Source of the DNA: Chrysemys picta bellii
Taxonomy: Eukaryota
Length of the DNA stretch: 64,000 bases
Assembly (NCBI RefSeq): GCF_011386835.1
Contig: NC_088803.1
Location: forward strand, 11,718,001-11,782,000
Direction: 5' to 3'
Shown here in pieces: positions 23,640 to 36,403 of this stretch. The notes below the pieces were generated by a model. That model made no database searches. It was not told where the DNA came from and saw only the letters and a list, made by a program, of their open reading frames with translations. The position numbers and the translations under genes were made by a program. The first letter of the stretch is position 1. Each line of letters starts with the position of its first letter.

Positions 23640-24599
23640 ATGGAAAACAGAGACAGGAGAAATCAATCAGTGACAGAATTCAGCCTTCTGGGATTCGGGA
23701 ATCTCCCTGAACTGCAGACCCTTCTCTTCCTGGTGTTTCTAGTGATCTACATTGCGACCATGGCCGGGAACATCCTCATCACAGCCCTAGTTGTGGCTGA
23801 TCAGCACCTTCATACCCCCATGTATTTTTTCCTTGGGAACTTGTCTTGTTTAGAGACCTGCTACAGCTCCACTGTCCTGCCTAGAATGCTGGCCAGTCTC
23901 CTGTCTGGGGACAGAACCATTTCTGTTAGCAGCTGCATCATACAATTTTATTTCTTTGGTGCTCTGGTGGGTACAGAGTGTTTCCTCTTATCCATGATGT
24001 CATATGATGGGTATTTAGCGATATGCAAACCACTGCATTATACAGTCCTCATGAATGATAGGTTCTGTCTCCAGCTAACTGTTGGATCTTGGATGAGTGG
24101 GTTTCTGGCTATGATCATAATAATAATATTGATGTCACAGTTAACTTTTTGTGGTCCAACAGAAATAAACAGTTTCTTTTGTGATTTCATCCCAGTAATA
24201 AAACTCTCCTGCAGTGATCTCCATGTGCTGAAGGTGGTTGCTTTCATATGCTCTTCAATATTCTCAGTGATTCCATTCATTTTAACTCTGACATCCTACA
24301 TTTGCATCATCATCACCATCCTCAGAATCCCTTCCACCACTGGGAAGCAAAAGGCATTTTCCACCTGCTCTTCGCACCTCATCGTTGTTACCATTTACTA
24401 TGGGACACTAATCATTGCCTATATGTTACCAAAAACTGATACGTTGAGAAACCTGAATAAAGTATTCTCTGTCTTCTACACTGTCATTACACCTTTGCTC
24501 AACCCCCTCATCTACAGCCTGAGAAACAAAGAAGTCAAGGAGGCCCTCAGAAAAGCTCTAAGTAAATGTGTGGCTTTTGCAAGAGTCATGGAAATGTAG
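23640..24599 (+). CDS. Class II olfactory receptor, copy B, 319 aa; DRY changed to DGY
   Basis: About 9 nt differences from copy A by my reading; ORF intact. Confidence 0.96.
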   Translation: MENRDRRNQSVTEFSLLGFGNLPELQTLLFLVFLVIYIATMAGNILITALVVADQHLHTPMYFFLGNLSCLETCYSSTVLPRMLASLLSGDRTISVSSCIIQFYFFGALVGTECFLLSMMSYDGYLAICKPLHYTVLMNDRFCLQLTVGSWMSGFLAMIIIIILMSQLTFCGPTEINSFFCDFIPVIKLSCSDLHVLKVVAFICSSIFSVIPFILTLTSYICIIITILRIPSTTGKQKAFSTCSSHLIVVTIYYGTLIIAYMLPKTDTLRNLNKVFSVFYTVITPLLNPLIYSLRNKEVKEALRKALSKCVAFARVMEM

Positions 24600-25060
24600 G
24601 GTTGGAAGGGACCTTGAGAGGTCATCTTGTCCAACCACCTGCACTGAGGCAGGAACAAATAAACCTAGACCATCCCTGAGATGGGTTTGACCAGTCTGTT
24701 GTTAAAAATCTCCAGTGACTGGGATTCCACAACCTCTGTTGGAAGCTTGTTCCAGACCTTAACTAGCATTATAGATAGAATCTTTTTCTTCTATCTCACC
24801 TAAATCCCTTGCTGCAGATGAAGCCAGTTCCTTTTTGTCCTACCCTCTGTGGACATGGAGAACAATTGATCACTCTCCTTGTTAGACCAGACCTTAACGT
24901 ATTTGCGGACAGTTATCAGATTCCCCCTTCAGTCTTTTTTCTCAATACTAAATATGCCCAGTTTTTTTAAGCTTTCCTCACACATCAGGTTTTCTAAAGC
25001 TTTCATCATTTTTGTTGCTCTCCTTTGGACTCTGCATTTTGTCCGCAGCCTTCCTGAAAT
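24582..25060 (-). mobile_element. CR1 3' end fragment, unit B copy
   Basis: Paralog of 16349-16829. Confidence 0.88.
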
Positions 25061-25423
25061 TCATATAGTCCAAGTTAATGTTTTTAAGGTAAAATAAAAT
25101 GTGAAATTATTGTTATATGGGATTGTCTCTTGTTATTTGAATATTACTTATTCATGCGAGTGGTCCTATTGAAGTCAACAATACTAGGCATGTGAATATA
25201 ATTTGTAACTGGAATTTCTCAAAGGTAGCTCAATGCGTTGTTTCAAAGAAAGTTCAATGGGATTTTTTTATCTCTAGACACCCTTAAAAGTCCCAACCTC
25301 CACACACAAAAACCTGTAGAGGTGATGGATTAGGGGACAGAGTGCAGAGCGGGAAGCCAACGGGGCATGTTAAATTAACTGATCATATGGCTTTGAATTT
25401 TATCCCACAAGTGTAATCTCTAC

Positions 25424-26312
25424 TGTTAGGATATAGATATTCAGGCCTATCTCTAAGGGCGTATATTTTAAGAATTTAGGTACATGTTTCTCACGTAGCT
25501 AGTTATAGAGGTATAAAAGAAAGAATCAAAATCACCGTCTGCCGGTGTAAGGGCCTTCTCTCACTGTGACAGTCTGAGGCCCTGTTCTTAAACTAAGGCC
25601 TTTGGCTAAGCAGCAGAGGCAGCCATAAACTGGGAAGGCTATGGTTACATCCTCACATTCCAAAGTAATCACTTGAAATAAGGCAATCTGGGGCTGTTAG
25701 AAAGGTGATCCGATCTATCACCTCCAGAGGAAGGGAAGAGCCTAAAAAATTTAAAGAAAACTGATAGCATCCTGTCTGTCAAGAACTCACTTATCAACAG
25801 CTGGGGTGTAAAATCCTCATTTCTTTGTTGTTCTATCACTGTAGTCCCCACTTACCTATTGTTTGTCTGTATAATCTCTGTCTGGTTCTGTGATTGTTTC
25901 TGTCTGCTGTATAATTAATTTTGTTGCGTGTAAATCAATTAAGGTGGTGGAATATAACTGGTTAAATAATTATGTTAAAATATGTTAGAATTGGTTAATT
26001 AAATTTCAGTAAAATGATTGGTTAAGGTACAGGTATGCAGATATCAAGTTTTACTATATAGTCTGCAGTCAATCAGGAAGTAGGGAGGGAATTGGAAGCA
26101 TGTTTTGCTAAGAGGGGGAATGGGAACAGGGACACAGGCAAGGCTCTGTGGTTTTAGAGTTGGGAAGGAAGAAAATTAAAATTATTGCTTGCTGAAACTT
26201 CACCCCAATAAACATCAAATTGTTTGCACCTTCGAACTTCGGGTATTGTTGCTCTCTATTTATGCAAGAAGAACCAGGGATGTAGAAGGGTAAAGAAATA
26301 AGACATCTAACA
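25424..26312 (+). mobile_element. Solo LTR, unit B copy (small internal deletions), TSD TCTAC
   Basis: TG...CA ends; TCTAC on both sides. Confidence 0.9.
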
Positions 26313-27857
26313 TCTACCCATGGGTGTCACCAGGCTGTAGTTCTTTTTATCATTGTGTTATTTGGTTTTATGCTCATTTCATATGCTATTTCATATATAG
26401 TCAATCTATGTTAAATAGATTTACGTTGTAGGATTATAGCAGTAAAAAACTTGTAAGTATTTCGGATGATGAGTGTGTATTAGGTATATAAGTAAAGCAT
26501 GGGTGGAACACATGGCTGAGACCTTTAACAATTTAGCTGAGCCAGACTAGACCATAGGCTTAAGAATGCTTGATATGGGTGGATGACATAGGAATAGCCC
26601 TATACCAGTAAGGTCACAAGATAACTGTAAAAGATCTGTCAATAGGTGATGTTACAGAAAAATAGATTGCAATAGATCCCAACGTACTGCCCAAGATTAC
26701 GAGACGCCTGAGTGTAAAATGAAATGTCCTGTCCTGACAGCAAGATACATGTTGAATGTAGATGATAATAAGTGTAGTAAAAAGAGAGCCCGAGACATAA
26801 GGCCTTGTATCAGAGGCTCATGTGAGGCCTAAGGCCTGAACTAAGTAGTGGTCCTGCTTTGCTGATATAAAGCAAAGAAGCAAAGTTAGCAGAAGTCAGG
26901 CTCTGCCTACTTGTGAGCTCACAGCACAGGGCTGGTATTACAAAAACACACACATTCCTGAGAAGCGCACTTATGCTAGGTTCTCAACTCATCAGCCATC
27001 ATCTCTCTTTGGCAGAAACCAATCTCTTCTTCCTCCTGAACAGGTTTTTGCACAGTTCCCTGCCTATGGTATGACAACCCCAAAAAGCCAGGCCATGTGA
27101 AAGGCCAGTGTCTCCTTTGCTGTCTCTTTGAAGGCTATGGACAACTGTAAAAGGCTAGTGCCAAGTGTGTTAGGTGTTTACGGGATTCAGCATCAGCTGA
27201 GCGGGGATTTCTTGAATACCAGTGGGACTTGATTCTGGCATTTAAAGACCTACGTCCCGTCGTGAATCTAACCCTTCTTGCTCTCGTTTCAAGTAGAGGC
27301 AAAGGTAGTCTTACATTTCAGACAAGCGAACTGCAAGCTTGAGTCTCTGATGTCAGCCCTTCCGTCAGGATTTCAGGCCCAGGAGATGGTCTTCAGTCAA
27401 GTAATTGAATTGCTTCAGTAAAGGTCTCCCCTTTGTGTCAGCCATCTTTTTTTTATTATGAAATTGTATTGCCTTTGAGTTTCTCATGAAATGAAAGGAA
27501 ATATAACACCTTTGAAATTTTGTGAACATTCTTCTAATCTTTATACATCTGATTTTTAATAAATGGATTCATTAGTTGCTTCCTAGAAAGCTAAAACAGG
27601 GTAGAGATGACAAACAGGTTACTCTCGAATTATATGTGTGTGGCGGAGCAGTATAGAGACTGTAGTGAAGGTTGGGTCAAGGTTTTCAGTAGAACAAGAG
27701 TCATTTCCCTTGCTCCATTCTATGTCCACGTGATTATCTAGGATATTACAACTACAATGTATCATGTCCTTTGCTCTTTTTCTGGTGCATAATAAGTATA
27801 ACCAGTTTGTTTCCTTCTTCTTTCTTTGCCACATCATCCCTCCACAGACTGTATTCA

Positions 27858-28320
27858 ATGCAAGAAATGTCTTGTCAAACCGCAGTGACCGAGTTCATTC
27901 TGCAGGGATTCCCTATATATTGAGAACTGTAGATTTTACATTTTATGGCCTTTCTAGTGGTTTACCTGGCCGATGTGATGAGAAATATTCTTACCCTCAT
28001 GGGCCTAGCCCTTGAACACCATCTTCACACCTCAGTGTACTTGTTCCTGGTTAATTGATCCTTCTTAGACCCTTGATACTCCTCTGTCCCCATCCAGAAA
28101 TCCATGGCTGACACTTTCATCAACACCAGATTGATCTCTTTCTCTGGATGTGTTGCACAAGACTTCACAGTTGCCACTTTTATTGATATGGAGAGGAATC
28201 TTCTTTCTTCTTGTACAGCAATGGCTTATGTCTGTTACTCTGCCATTTGCCACTCTCTGCTTTAGAGGACTTTCAGAAATGATGGCAAATGTGCTCAGAT
28301 GTCGGCTGGTTCTTGGAGAC
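27858..28320 (+). pseudogene. OR14-like pseudogene, N-terminus to TM4, unit C (D-type)
   Basis: MQEMSCQTAVTEFILQGFPIY*EL*ILHF...HHLHTSVYLFLVN*SFLDP*...NTRLISFSGCVAQ...AMAYVCYSAICH...CAQMSAGSW; several in-frame stops, ends at GSW. Confidence 0.9.
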
Positions 28321-28324
28321 AGTG

Positions 28325-28540
28325 AGGTGTGGGGAAGGGGCAGCTGTACTGTGTAATGGGAACTGGGAGTAGAAGAGGGATGGGGTGGGGAAAGGGTGGC
28401 TATACTTTATAATGGACACTCGGGCAGCAGAGGGTGAGAGCTAGGCAAGTGGCAGCTATACTGTATAATGGACACTAGGGGAAGCAGAGGGTGATTGGTG
28501 GGGAAGGGCAGCTATACTGTAGGGGCAGCAGAGGTTTTGG
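28325..28540 (+). repeat. Degenerate G-rich minisatellite (~50-55 bp unit, ~4 copies); also 36870-37085, single unit in A and B
   Basis: Repeated ggcagct(g/a)tactgta(t)aatgg...ggcagcagaggg. Confidence 0.75.
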
Positions 28541-31500
28541 GATTCACGGCACATTAAGGGCCTAGGCCTTTTGAAAATCCTACTAGATGCCTATTTGCAT
28601 CTGTAGATGCCCAAATATCTTTAAACATTTTTCCCATAACACTCATTGAAAGTCAATGTGACTTAGGCACTTAACTCACTTACACACTTTTGTAAATCCC
28701 CTGAGATACCAATGTCCATCTGTCGGTGTCTAATACCTTTGTAAATCTGCACTTTTTCTCTTTCTACCTGAATTATCTGTGTTTAAATTGAGGATAATAC
28801 TCTTCTCTACCTCTCACAGCAGCTTGGAGGATAAATACTTTTAAAATTTTGGGATGCTCAGAGACTTTGTTGATGGGGGACAGGTAATGGTGACATAGAC
28901 AGGACAATGGAGTGTATCTCATCAAACTTGTGAAGAGACTGAAGTCAAGCGTTTTACTGTCTGCATGATTTTCCTTTGAGGTTAGATGTTCTCCATCATT
29001 AAACTTGTTTTTTATACACTCTTTGATGGGTTTCTCATAAATGGTCCCTTCCCACCTGTTTAAAATTCCCAGCAGCAGAAATGCCCAGGGAGATCTCACC
29101 CTCTCACAGAAAGGATAATTTATCCCAGATAAATATAGAATCGAGAAAGCCTTTTGCACTTTCACAAGAAAAAAAAAAAACAAGAGAGAATATACCATCC
29201 AAATCAACAGATCTGAGAACACCGTGGGAACAAGCCAGCCTCTAGATCCATGGTGCCGTATATCCTAGGTGAGTGCTCTCACTGCTAGCATAAAACTTAT
29301 GAGGGAGCTACTTCTGGTCAGAAGAAACCCGTGACTCTAAAGAGGGTTCACAGCTGAGAATGCAAAGCCCAGACCAGTGTTTCTGTCCAGTCCAGACTGA
29401 GGCATCCAACTCCCTAAGAGTGCTTGGGACACAGTACACCTATCCTTGACATCTTAGATGGCTTCCCGCTGAGCGAGCTGGCTTTTGTGAATCCCATTTT
29501 GAGGTGCCTATCTCTCCCACCATTCATTCTATAGAATGCCTGGCTGCTAAATTCAGGTTTTGTGAATCCCAGTGATTTTCTAGGGTGCCTATGTCCCTTT
29601 GTGGTTTTCTGGTTTGAAGCATCAGAGAAGATGAAACACAGGCCAGTCCATCTTCATTCTCTCCCCACTGCAGGATTTTCCCTCATCGAATGTTATCAGC
29701 TATGTTTATTGAGGTATATTACAGACACTCTCTGTCTCTCTCTCTTCTCATATACTCTCTCTGTTTCTCACTTAGACCCTCTGCTGACCTGGGAATATTG
29801 GATGTATGTAGTGATAGATGAATGTAGCTCACTCTAAATGTACAAAGAGTTGAGGAAACATGAGTTAATATTGAATCTCCTCTCACTACTTTCTTGTTAA
29901 TTTAATTGAAATGTTTGGAAGATGCAAGCCTGGAAAACTAATATTCAAGATGAAGATGTTTTGACATCCATTCCTGGGATGGAGTCCAGTATACATGGGA
30001 TGTTCTAGACGTTTTGACTTGAGATTGGTTAGTTATAGACACTGAAAAAGTCCTATTTCTTACTCAACATTTTAATCCTGGGATAGTTTCCTTTTGTGAT
30101 TTGGGGTCATCTCTACTTTTCAAGAAGTTCAGATATTGAACATTAGATCACGTCAAAAATATTTTTATTTCACCAAAAATGTCAAAGGAAATTAATATTG
30201 TTTTTCTCAACACCTTTCCCTGAATTTTTCTGTTTTTTTTTTCTTCAAATCAGAATGAATATCCAATAAAGGATAGTTGTGGTTCTCAATAAACCCAAAA
30301 CATCTTTTTACATTTTTAGAACGCTGGCAAAAATTGGTATTTGTTTTAATTTTTCAAAGGAAATTTTAACAATTTCGATGATAATCAATATTCTCAATTT
30401 AGTAAGGAAGCCATTTTTCATCACAGTACAGAACAAAGAAACACAAAAAGTTCAACAAACCTTTTTAGTTTCCCAATTCATAGTTGCATTTAATACACCT
30501 GTTAGAATCTGCAATGAAACGCAGAGCAACCTGGCCACCAGGAATTTACACAGGGTTTTAGGCAAGTTATTTCAGAATATTTGGAAAGTCTGTGGGCTAG
30601 AGGATTTAATGGGAGAACTCACCTTTGTGTAATTTCTGAGTTGGGTGTACTATGAAGCAAGTCACATTAAGGCACATAAGTGCTTTTGAAAATCCCTCTA
30701 GATGCCTAAGTACCTTTCAAAATCAGGCCATTAGACTTTTGAAAATGTTACCCTTTCTGCCCAAATCCCTTATGCTTCTTTGAAAATCCCAAACTAAGTA
30801 AGCAAGTGTGATTTATCTTCTTGGTCCATAGGACTCTCACAGAAGAATCTCATGCTAAATGAAAAATAAGGCAATAAGAAAGCATTTTTCTCAGCTGAAA
30901 TGTATATAATCTTGATGCAAGATGATGAGCTTCAGTTATAATGAAACTTTTTCCAGATTCAGAAGTATTCAACTAGAAGTATGGGATTCAAATGTCAGGA
31001 TCTTGACCTTTAAAGATGATAGACATGTTTTTATATTTTTGTTAGCTTCACGGGTATACTATTATATATTTTTATGTGTAGGTTGAATGAGGAATTGGAA
31101 AGTCAGGAAATCTTATAAAAGTAGACTAAGTAGAAGTGAGGGAGGTATCTTCCATTATAGAGAATGGTTTAAATCTTGACTGTCTCATTTTTCAATTCAC
31201 TGGGCCAGATATCCAATGCAAGTGCAGTCAAGGGGTCAGATCTTCACCTGGTGTAAACTGGTGTAGCTCTAGAAAGTTATTGCAGCTCTGCTGATATAAA
31301 ACAGTTTGAAGATATGGGGCCAGATTTTCAAAGGAGTTTATGAGCACCTTAAGATGCATACAGGTTCATAGTGCAATTTTCAAAAGGTCCCGAGTAGGCT
31401 GGGCACAAGAAAGCTCCACTTTGAAAGCTCCACTAAAGGGCTAGAATCACAAAGGCTTGTTGATATTGTCAATGTGCCTAAATTTTAGGCATCTAGAAAA

Positions 31501-32161
31501 TCACCGGGATGATCTGCTCTGGTGTGGGGCAGAAACGTAGCCACCTGGGGGACTTTTACAACCAAAATTTAGGCGCTGAACAATTTTAGACATCTTCGGG
31601 TTTGGGGGGCTTCTGAGTGGCGATTTTGTGAATTCCAGTGGGGCCTGATAATGGGATTTCGGTGCCTAAAGTGGCAGTTAGGCAGCTGAATCCTGTTGTG
31701 ACTCCAGTCCTAGGCAGCTACCTAAATAACTTTGAAAATCAGGCCCTGGTTGATTAAGAAACAAAGTTGTCTGTCAGTTTTCAGTAACTCAGAAGGGATT
31801 TGGATTCTTTCCAAACAAGTGTATGGGAATAGTTGGGAAAACATGGTGTGTGCATGATACCAATGAGATCAGAATTAGAGTTGGAAGAAATGGAGATGGC
31901 ACCAGTTGTGTCAACCAGGTTTGTGGCTAATGAAATGTCAAGTCACTTTTAAGCTACCATCAGATGCCTCAGGCATCAGCAATACCAAAAACATGCATGT
32001 TCATTATCTCAGCTATCAGCTGAAACATACCGCCAGTAATCAGCAGGAAAAGGGGAGTTTAAATTATCTTTATAAATTATAATGATTGACTCTGTATTAA
32101 TTTTCTAACTTCATCAAGTACAATTGTAGAGGTTTTGTTTAATTTTCTGTAGGGACTGTTC

Positions 32162-33121
32162 ATGGAAAACAGAGACAGGAGAAATCAATCAGTGACGGAA
32201 TTCAGCCTTCTGGGATTCGGGAATCTCCCTGAACTGAAGACCCTTCTCTTCCTGGTGTTTCTAGTAATCTACATTGCGACCATGGCCGGGAACATCCTCA
32301 TCGCAGCACTAGTTGTGGCTGATCAGCACCTTCATACCCCCATGTATTTTTTCCTTGGGAACTTGTCTTGTTTAGAGACCTGCTACAGCTCCACTGTCCT
32401 GCCTAGAATGCTGGCCAGTCTCCTGTCTGGGGACAGAACCATTTCTGTTAGCAGCTGCATCATACAATTTTATTTCTTTAGTGCTCTGGTGGGTACAGAA
32501 TGTTTCCTCTTATCCATGATGTCATATGATCGGTATTTAGCGATATGCAAACCACTGCATTATGTAGTCCTCATGAATGATAGGTTCTGTCTCCAGCTAA
32601 CTGTTGGATCTTGGATGAGTGGGTTTCTGGCTATGATCATAATAATAATATTGATGTCACAGTTAACTTTTTGTGGTCCAACAGAAATAAACAGTTTCTT
32701 TTGTGATTTCATCCCAGTAATAAAACTCTCCTGCAGTGATCTCCATGTGCTGAAGGTGGTTGCTTTCATATGCTCTTCAATATTCTCAGTGATTCCATTC
32801 ATTTTAACTCTGACATCCTACATTTGCATCATCATCACCATCCTCAGAATCCCTTCCACCACTGGGAAGCAAAAGGCATTTTCCACCTGCTCTTCGCACC
32901 TCATCGTTGTTACCATTTACTATGGGACACTAATCATTGCCTATATGTTACCAAAAACTGATACGTTGAGAAACCTGAATAAAGTATTCTCTGTCTTCTA
33001 CACTGTCATTACACCTTTGCTCAACCCCCTCATCTACAGCCTGAGAAACAAAGAAGTCAAGGAGGCCCTCAGAAAAGCTCTAAGTAAATGTGTGGCTTTT
33101 GCAAGAGTCATGGAAATGTAG
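32162..33121 (+). CDS. Class II olfactory receptor, copy C, 319 aa; all canonical motifs intact
   Basis: MSYDRYLAIC and NPLIYSLRNKEVK intact; private changes Q26K, T48A, G107S, T135V. Confidence 0.97.
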   Translation: MENRDRRNQSVTEFSLLGFGNLPELKTLLFLVFLVIYIATMAGNILIAALVVADQHLHTPMYFFLGNLSCLETCYSSTVLPRMLASLLSGDRTISVSSCIIQFYFFSALVGTECFLLSMMSYDRYLAICKPLHYVVLMNDRFCLQLTVGSWMSGFLAMIIIIILMSQLTFCGPTEINSFFCDFIPVIKLSCSDLHVLKVVAFICSSIFSVIPFILTLTSYICIIITILRIPSTTGKQKAFSTCSSHLIVVTIYYGTLIIAYMLPKTDTLRNLNKVFSVFYTVITPLLNPLIYSLRNKEVKEALRKALSKCVAFARVMEM

Positions 33122-33583
33122 GGTTGGAAGGGACCTTGAGAGGTCATCTCGTCCAACCACCTGCACTGAGGCAGGAACAAATAAACCTAGACCATCCCTG
33201 AGACGGGTTTGACCAGTCTGTTGTTAAAAATCTCCAGTGACTGGGATTCCACAACCTCTGTTGGAAGCTTGTTCCAGACCTTAACTAGCATTATAGATAG
33301 AATCTTTTTCTTCTATCTCACCTAAATCCCTTGCTGCAGATGAAGCCAGTTCCTTTTTGTCCTACCTTCTGTGCACATGGAGAACAATTGATCACTCTCC
33401 TTGTTAGACCAGACCTTAACATATTTGCGGACAGTCATCTGATTCTCCCTTCAGTCTTTTTTCTCAATACTAAATATGCCCAGTTTTTTTTAAGCTTTCC
33501 TCACACATCAGGTTTTCTAAAGCTTTCATCATTTTTGTTGCTCTCCTTTGGACTCTGCATTTTGTCCGCAGCCTTCCTGAAAT
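33104..33583 (-). mobile_element. CR1 3' end fragment, unit C copy
   Basis: Paralog of 16349-16829. Confidence 0.88.
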
Positions 33584-33946
33584 TCATATAGTCCAAGTTA
33601 ATGTTTTTAAGGTAAAATAAAATGTGAAATTATTGTTATATGGGATTGTCTCTTGTTATTTGAATATTACTTATTCATGCGAGTGGTCCTATTGAAGTCA
33701 ACAATACTAGGCATGTGAATACAGGTTGTAACTGGAATTTCTCAAAGGTAGCTCAATGGATTGTTTCAAAGAAAGTTCAATGGGATTTTTTTATCTCTAG
33801 ACACCCTTAAAAGTCCCAACCTCCACACACAAAAACCTGTAGAGGTGATGGATTAGGGGGCAGAGTGCAGAGGGGGAAGCCAACGGGACCTGTTACATTA
33901 ACTGATCATATGGCTTTGAATTTTATCCCACAAGTGTAATCTTTAC

Positions 33947-34848
33947 TGTTAGGATATAGATATTCAGGCCTATCTCTAAGGGCGTATATTTTAAGAATTT
34001 AGGTACATGTTTCTCACGTAGCTAGTTATAGAGGTATAAAAGAAAGAATCAAAATCACTGTCTGCCGGTGTAAGGGCCTTCTCTCACTGTGACAGTCTGA
34101 GGCCCTGTTCTTAAACTAAGGCCTTCGGCTAAGCAGCAGAGGCAGCCATAAACTGGGAAGGCTATGGTCACATCCTCACATTCCAAAGTAATCACATTGA
34201 AATAAGGCAATCTGGGGCTGTTAGAAAGGTGATCCGATCTATCACCTCCAGAGGAAGGGAAGAGCCTAAAAATTTTAAAGAAAACTGATAGCATCCTGTC
34301 TGTCAAGAACTCACTTATCAACAGCTGGGGTGTAAAATCCTCATTTCTTTGTTGTTCTATCACTGTAGTCCCCACTTACCTATTGTTTGTCTGTATAATC
34401 TCTGTCTGGTTCTGTGATTGTTTCTGTCTGCTGTATAATTAATTTTGTTGGGTGTAAATCAATTAAGGTGGTGGAATATAATTGGTTAAATAATTATGTT
34501 AAAATATGTTAGAATTGGTTAATTAAATTTCAGTAAAATGATTGGTTAAGGTGTAGGTAAGCAGAACTCAAGTTTTACTATATAGTCTGCAGTCAATCAG
34601 GAAGTAGGGGGGGAATTGGAAGCATGTTTTGATAAGAGGAGGAATGGGAACAGGGACACAGGCAAGGCTGTATGGTTTTAGAGGTGGGAAATGGGACACT
34701 GAGGAAGAAAATTAAAATCATTGCTTGCTGAAACTTCACCCCAATAAACATCAAATTGTTTGCACCTTCGAACTTCAGGTATTGTTGCTCTCTATTTATG
34801 CAAGAAGAACCAGGGAAGTAAAAGGGTAAAGAAATAAGACCTCTAACA
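33947..34848 (+). mobile_element. Solo LTR, unit C copy
   Basis: TG...CA ends; left TSD TTTAC (one change), right TCTAC. Confidence 0.9.
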
Positions 34849-36403
34849 TCTACCCATGGGTGTCACCAGGCTGTAGTTCATTTTATCATTGTGTTATTTG
34901 GTGTTATGCTCATTTCATGTGCTATTTCATATATAGTCAATGTATGTTAAATAGATTTACGTTGTAGGATTATAGCAGTAAAAAACTGAAAAGTAATTCG
35001 GATGATGAGTGTGTATTAGGTATATAAGTAAAGCATGGGTGGAACACAAGGCCTACAGGCTGAGGCCTGTAAGAATTTAGCTAAGCCAGACTAGATCATA
35101 GGCTTAAGAATGCTTGATATGGGTGGATGACATAGGAATAGCCCTATACCAGGAAGGTCACAAGATAACTGTAAAAGATCTGTCAATAGGTGATGTTATG
35201 GAAAAATAGATTGCAATAGATTGCAATGTACTGCCCAAGATTAAGAGACGCCTGAATGTAAAATGAAATGTCCTGTCCTGACAGCAAGATACATGTTGAA
35301 TGCAGATGATAATAAGTGTAGTAGAAAGAGAGCCCGAGACGTAAGGCCTTGTATCAGCGGCTCATGTGAGGCCTAAGGCCTGAACTAAAGTAGTGGTCCT
35401 GCTTTGCTGATATAAAGCAAAGAAGCAAAGTTAGCAGAAGTCAGGCTCTGCCTACTTGTGAGCTCACAGCACAGGGCTGGTATTAACAAAAACACACACA
35501 TTCCTGAGATGTGCACTCATGCTAGGTTCTCAACTCATCAGCCATCATCTCTCTTTGGCAGAAACCAATCTCTTCTTCCTCCTGAACAGGTTTTTGCACA
35601 GTTCCCTGCATATGGTGTGACAACCCCAAAAAGCCAGGCCATGTGAAAGGCCAGTGTCTCCTTTGCTGTCTCTTTGAAGGCTATGGACAACTGTAAAAGG
35701 CACGTGCCAAGTGTGTTAGGTGTCTACGGGATTCAGCATCAGTTGAGCAGGGATTTCATGAATACCAGTGGGACTTGATTCTGGCATTTAAAGACCTAAG
35801 TCCCGTCATGAATCTAGCCCTTCTTGCTCTCGTTTCAAGTAGAGGCAAAGGTAGTCTTACATTTCAGACAAGCGAACTGCAAGCTTGAGTCTCTGATGTC
35901 AGCCCTTCCGTCAGGATTTCAGGCCGAGGAGATGGTCTTCAGTCAAGTAATTGAATTCTTTCAGTAAAGGTCTCCCCTTTGTGTCTACCATCTTTTTTTT
36001 ATTATGAAATTGTATTGCCTTTGAGTTCCTCATGAGATGAAAGGAAATATAAAACCCTTGAAATTTTGTGAACATTCTTCTAATCTTTATACCTCTGCTT
36101 TTTAATAAATGGATTCATTAGTTGCTTCCTAGAAAGCTAAAACAGGGTAGAGTTGACAAACAGGTTACTCTCTAATTATATGTGTGTGGCGGAGCAGTAT
36201 AGAGACTGTAGTGAAGGTTGGGTCAAGGTTTTCAGTTGAACAAGAGTCATTTCCCTTGCTCCATTCTATGTCCACGTGATTATCTAGGACATTACATCTA
36301 CAATGTATCATGTCCTTTCCTTTTTTTCTGGTGCATAATAAGTATAACCGGTTTGTTTCCTTCTTCTTTCTTTCCCACATCTTCCCTCCACAGACTGTAT
36401 CCA

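Larger units (their letters stand above)
18113..26331 (+). repeat. Tandem array unit B (8219 bp; D-type 5' part, A-type 3' part)
   Basis: Collinear with units A, C and D; diagnostic indels switch type at ~19.4-19.5 kb. Confidence 0.92.
26332..34867 (+). repeat. Tandem array unit C (8536 bp; D-type to ~29.3 kb, A-type after)
   Basis: Diagnostic sites match unit D up to 29293 and units A/B from ~29331. Confidence 0.92.

Noticed and set aside
18113-34867. Units B and C as pure assembly duplication of one locus
   Set aside because: The copies differ by several percent, with private indels and consistent chimeric patterns, more than expected from sequencing error. Allelic mis-joining still needs long-read confirmation.
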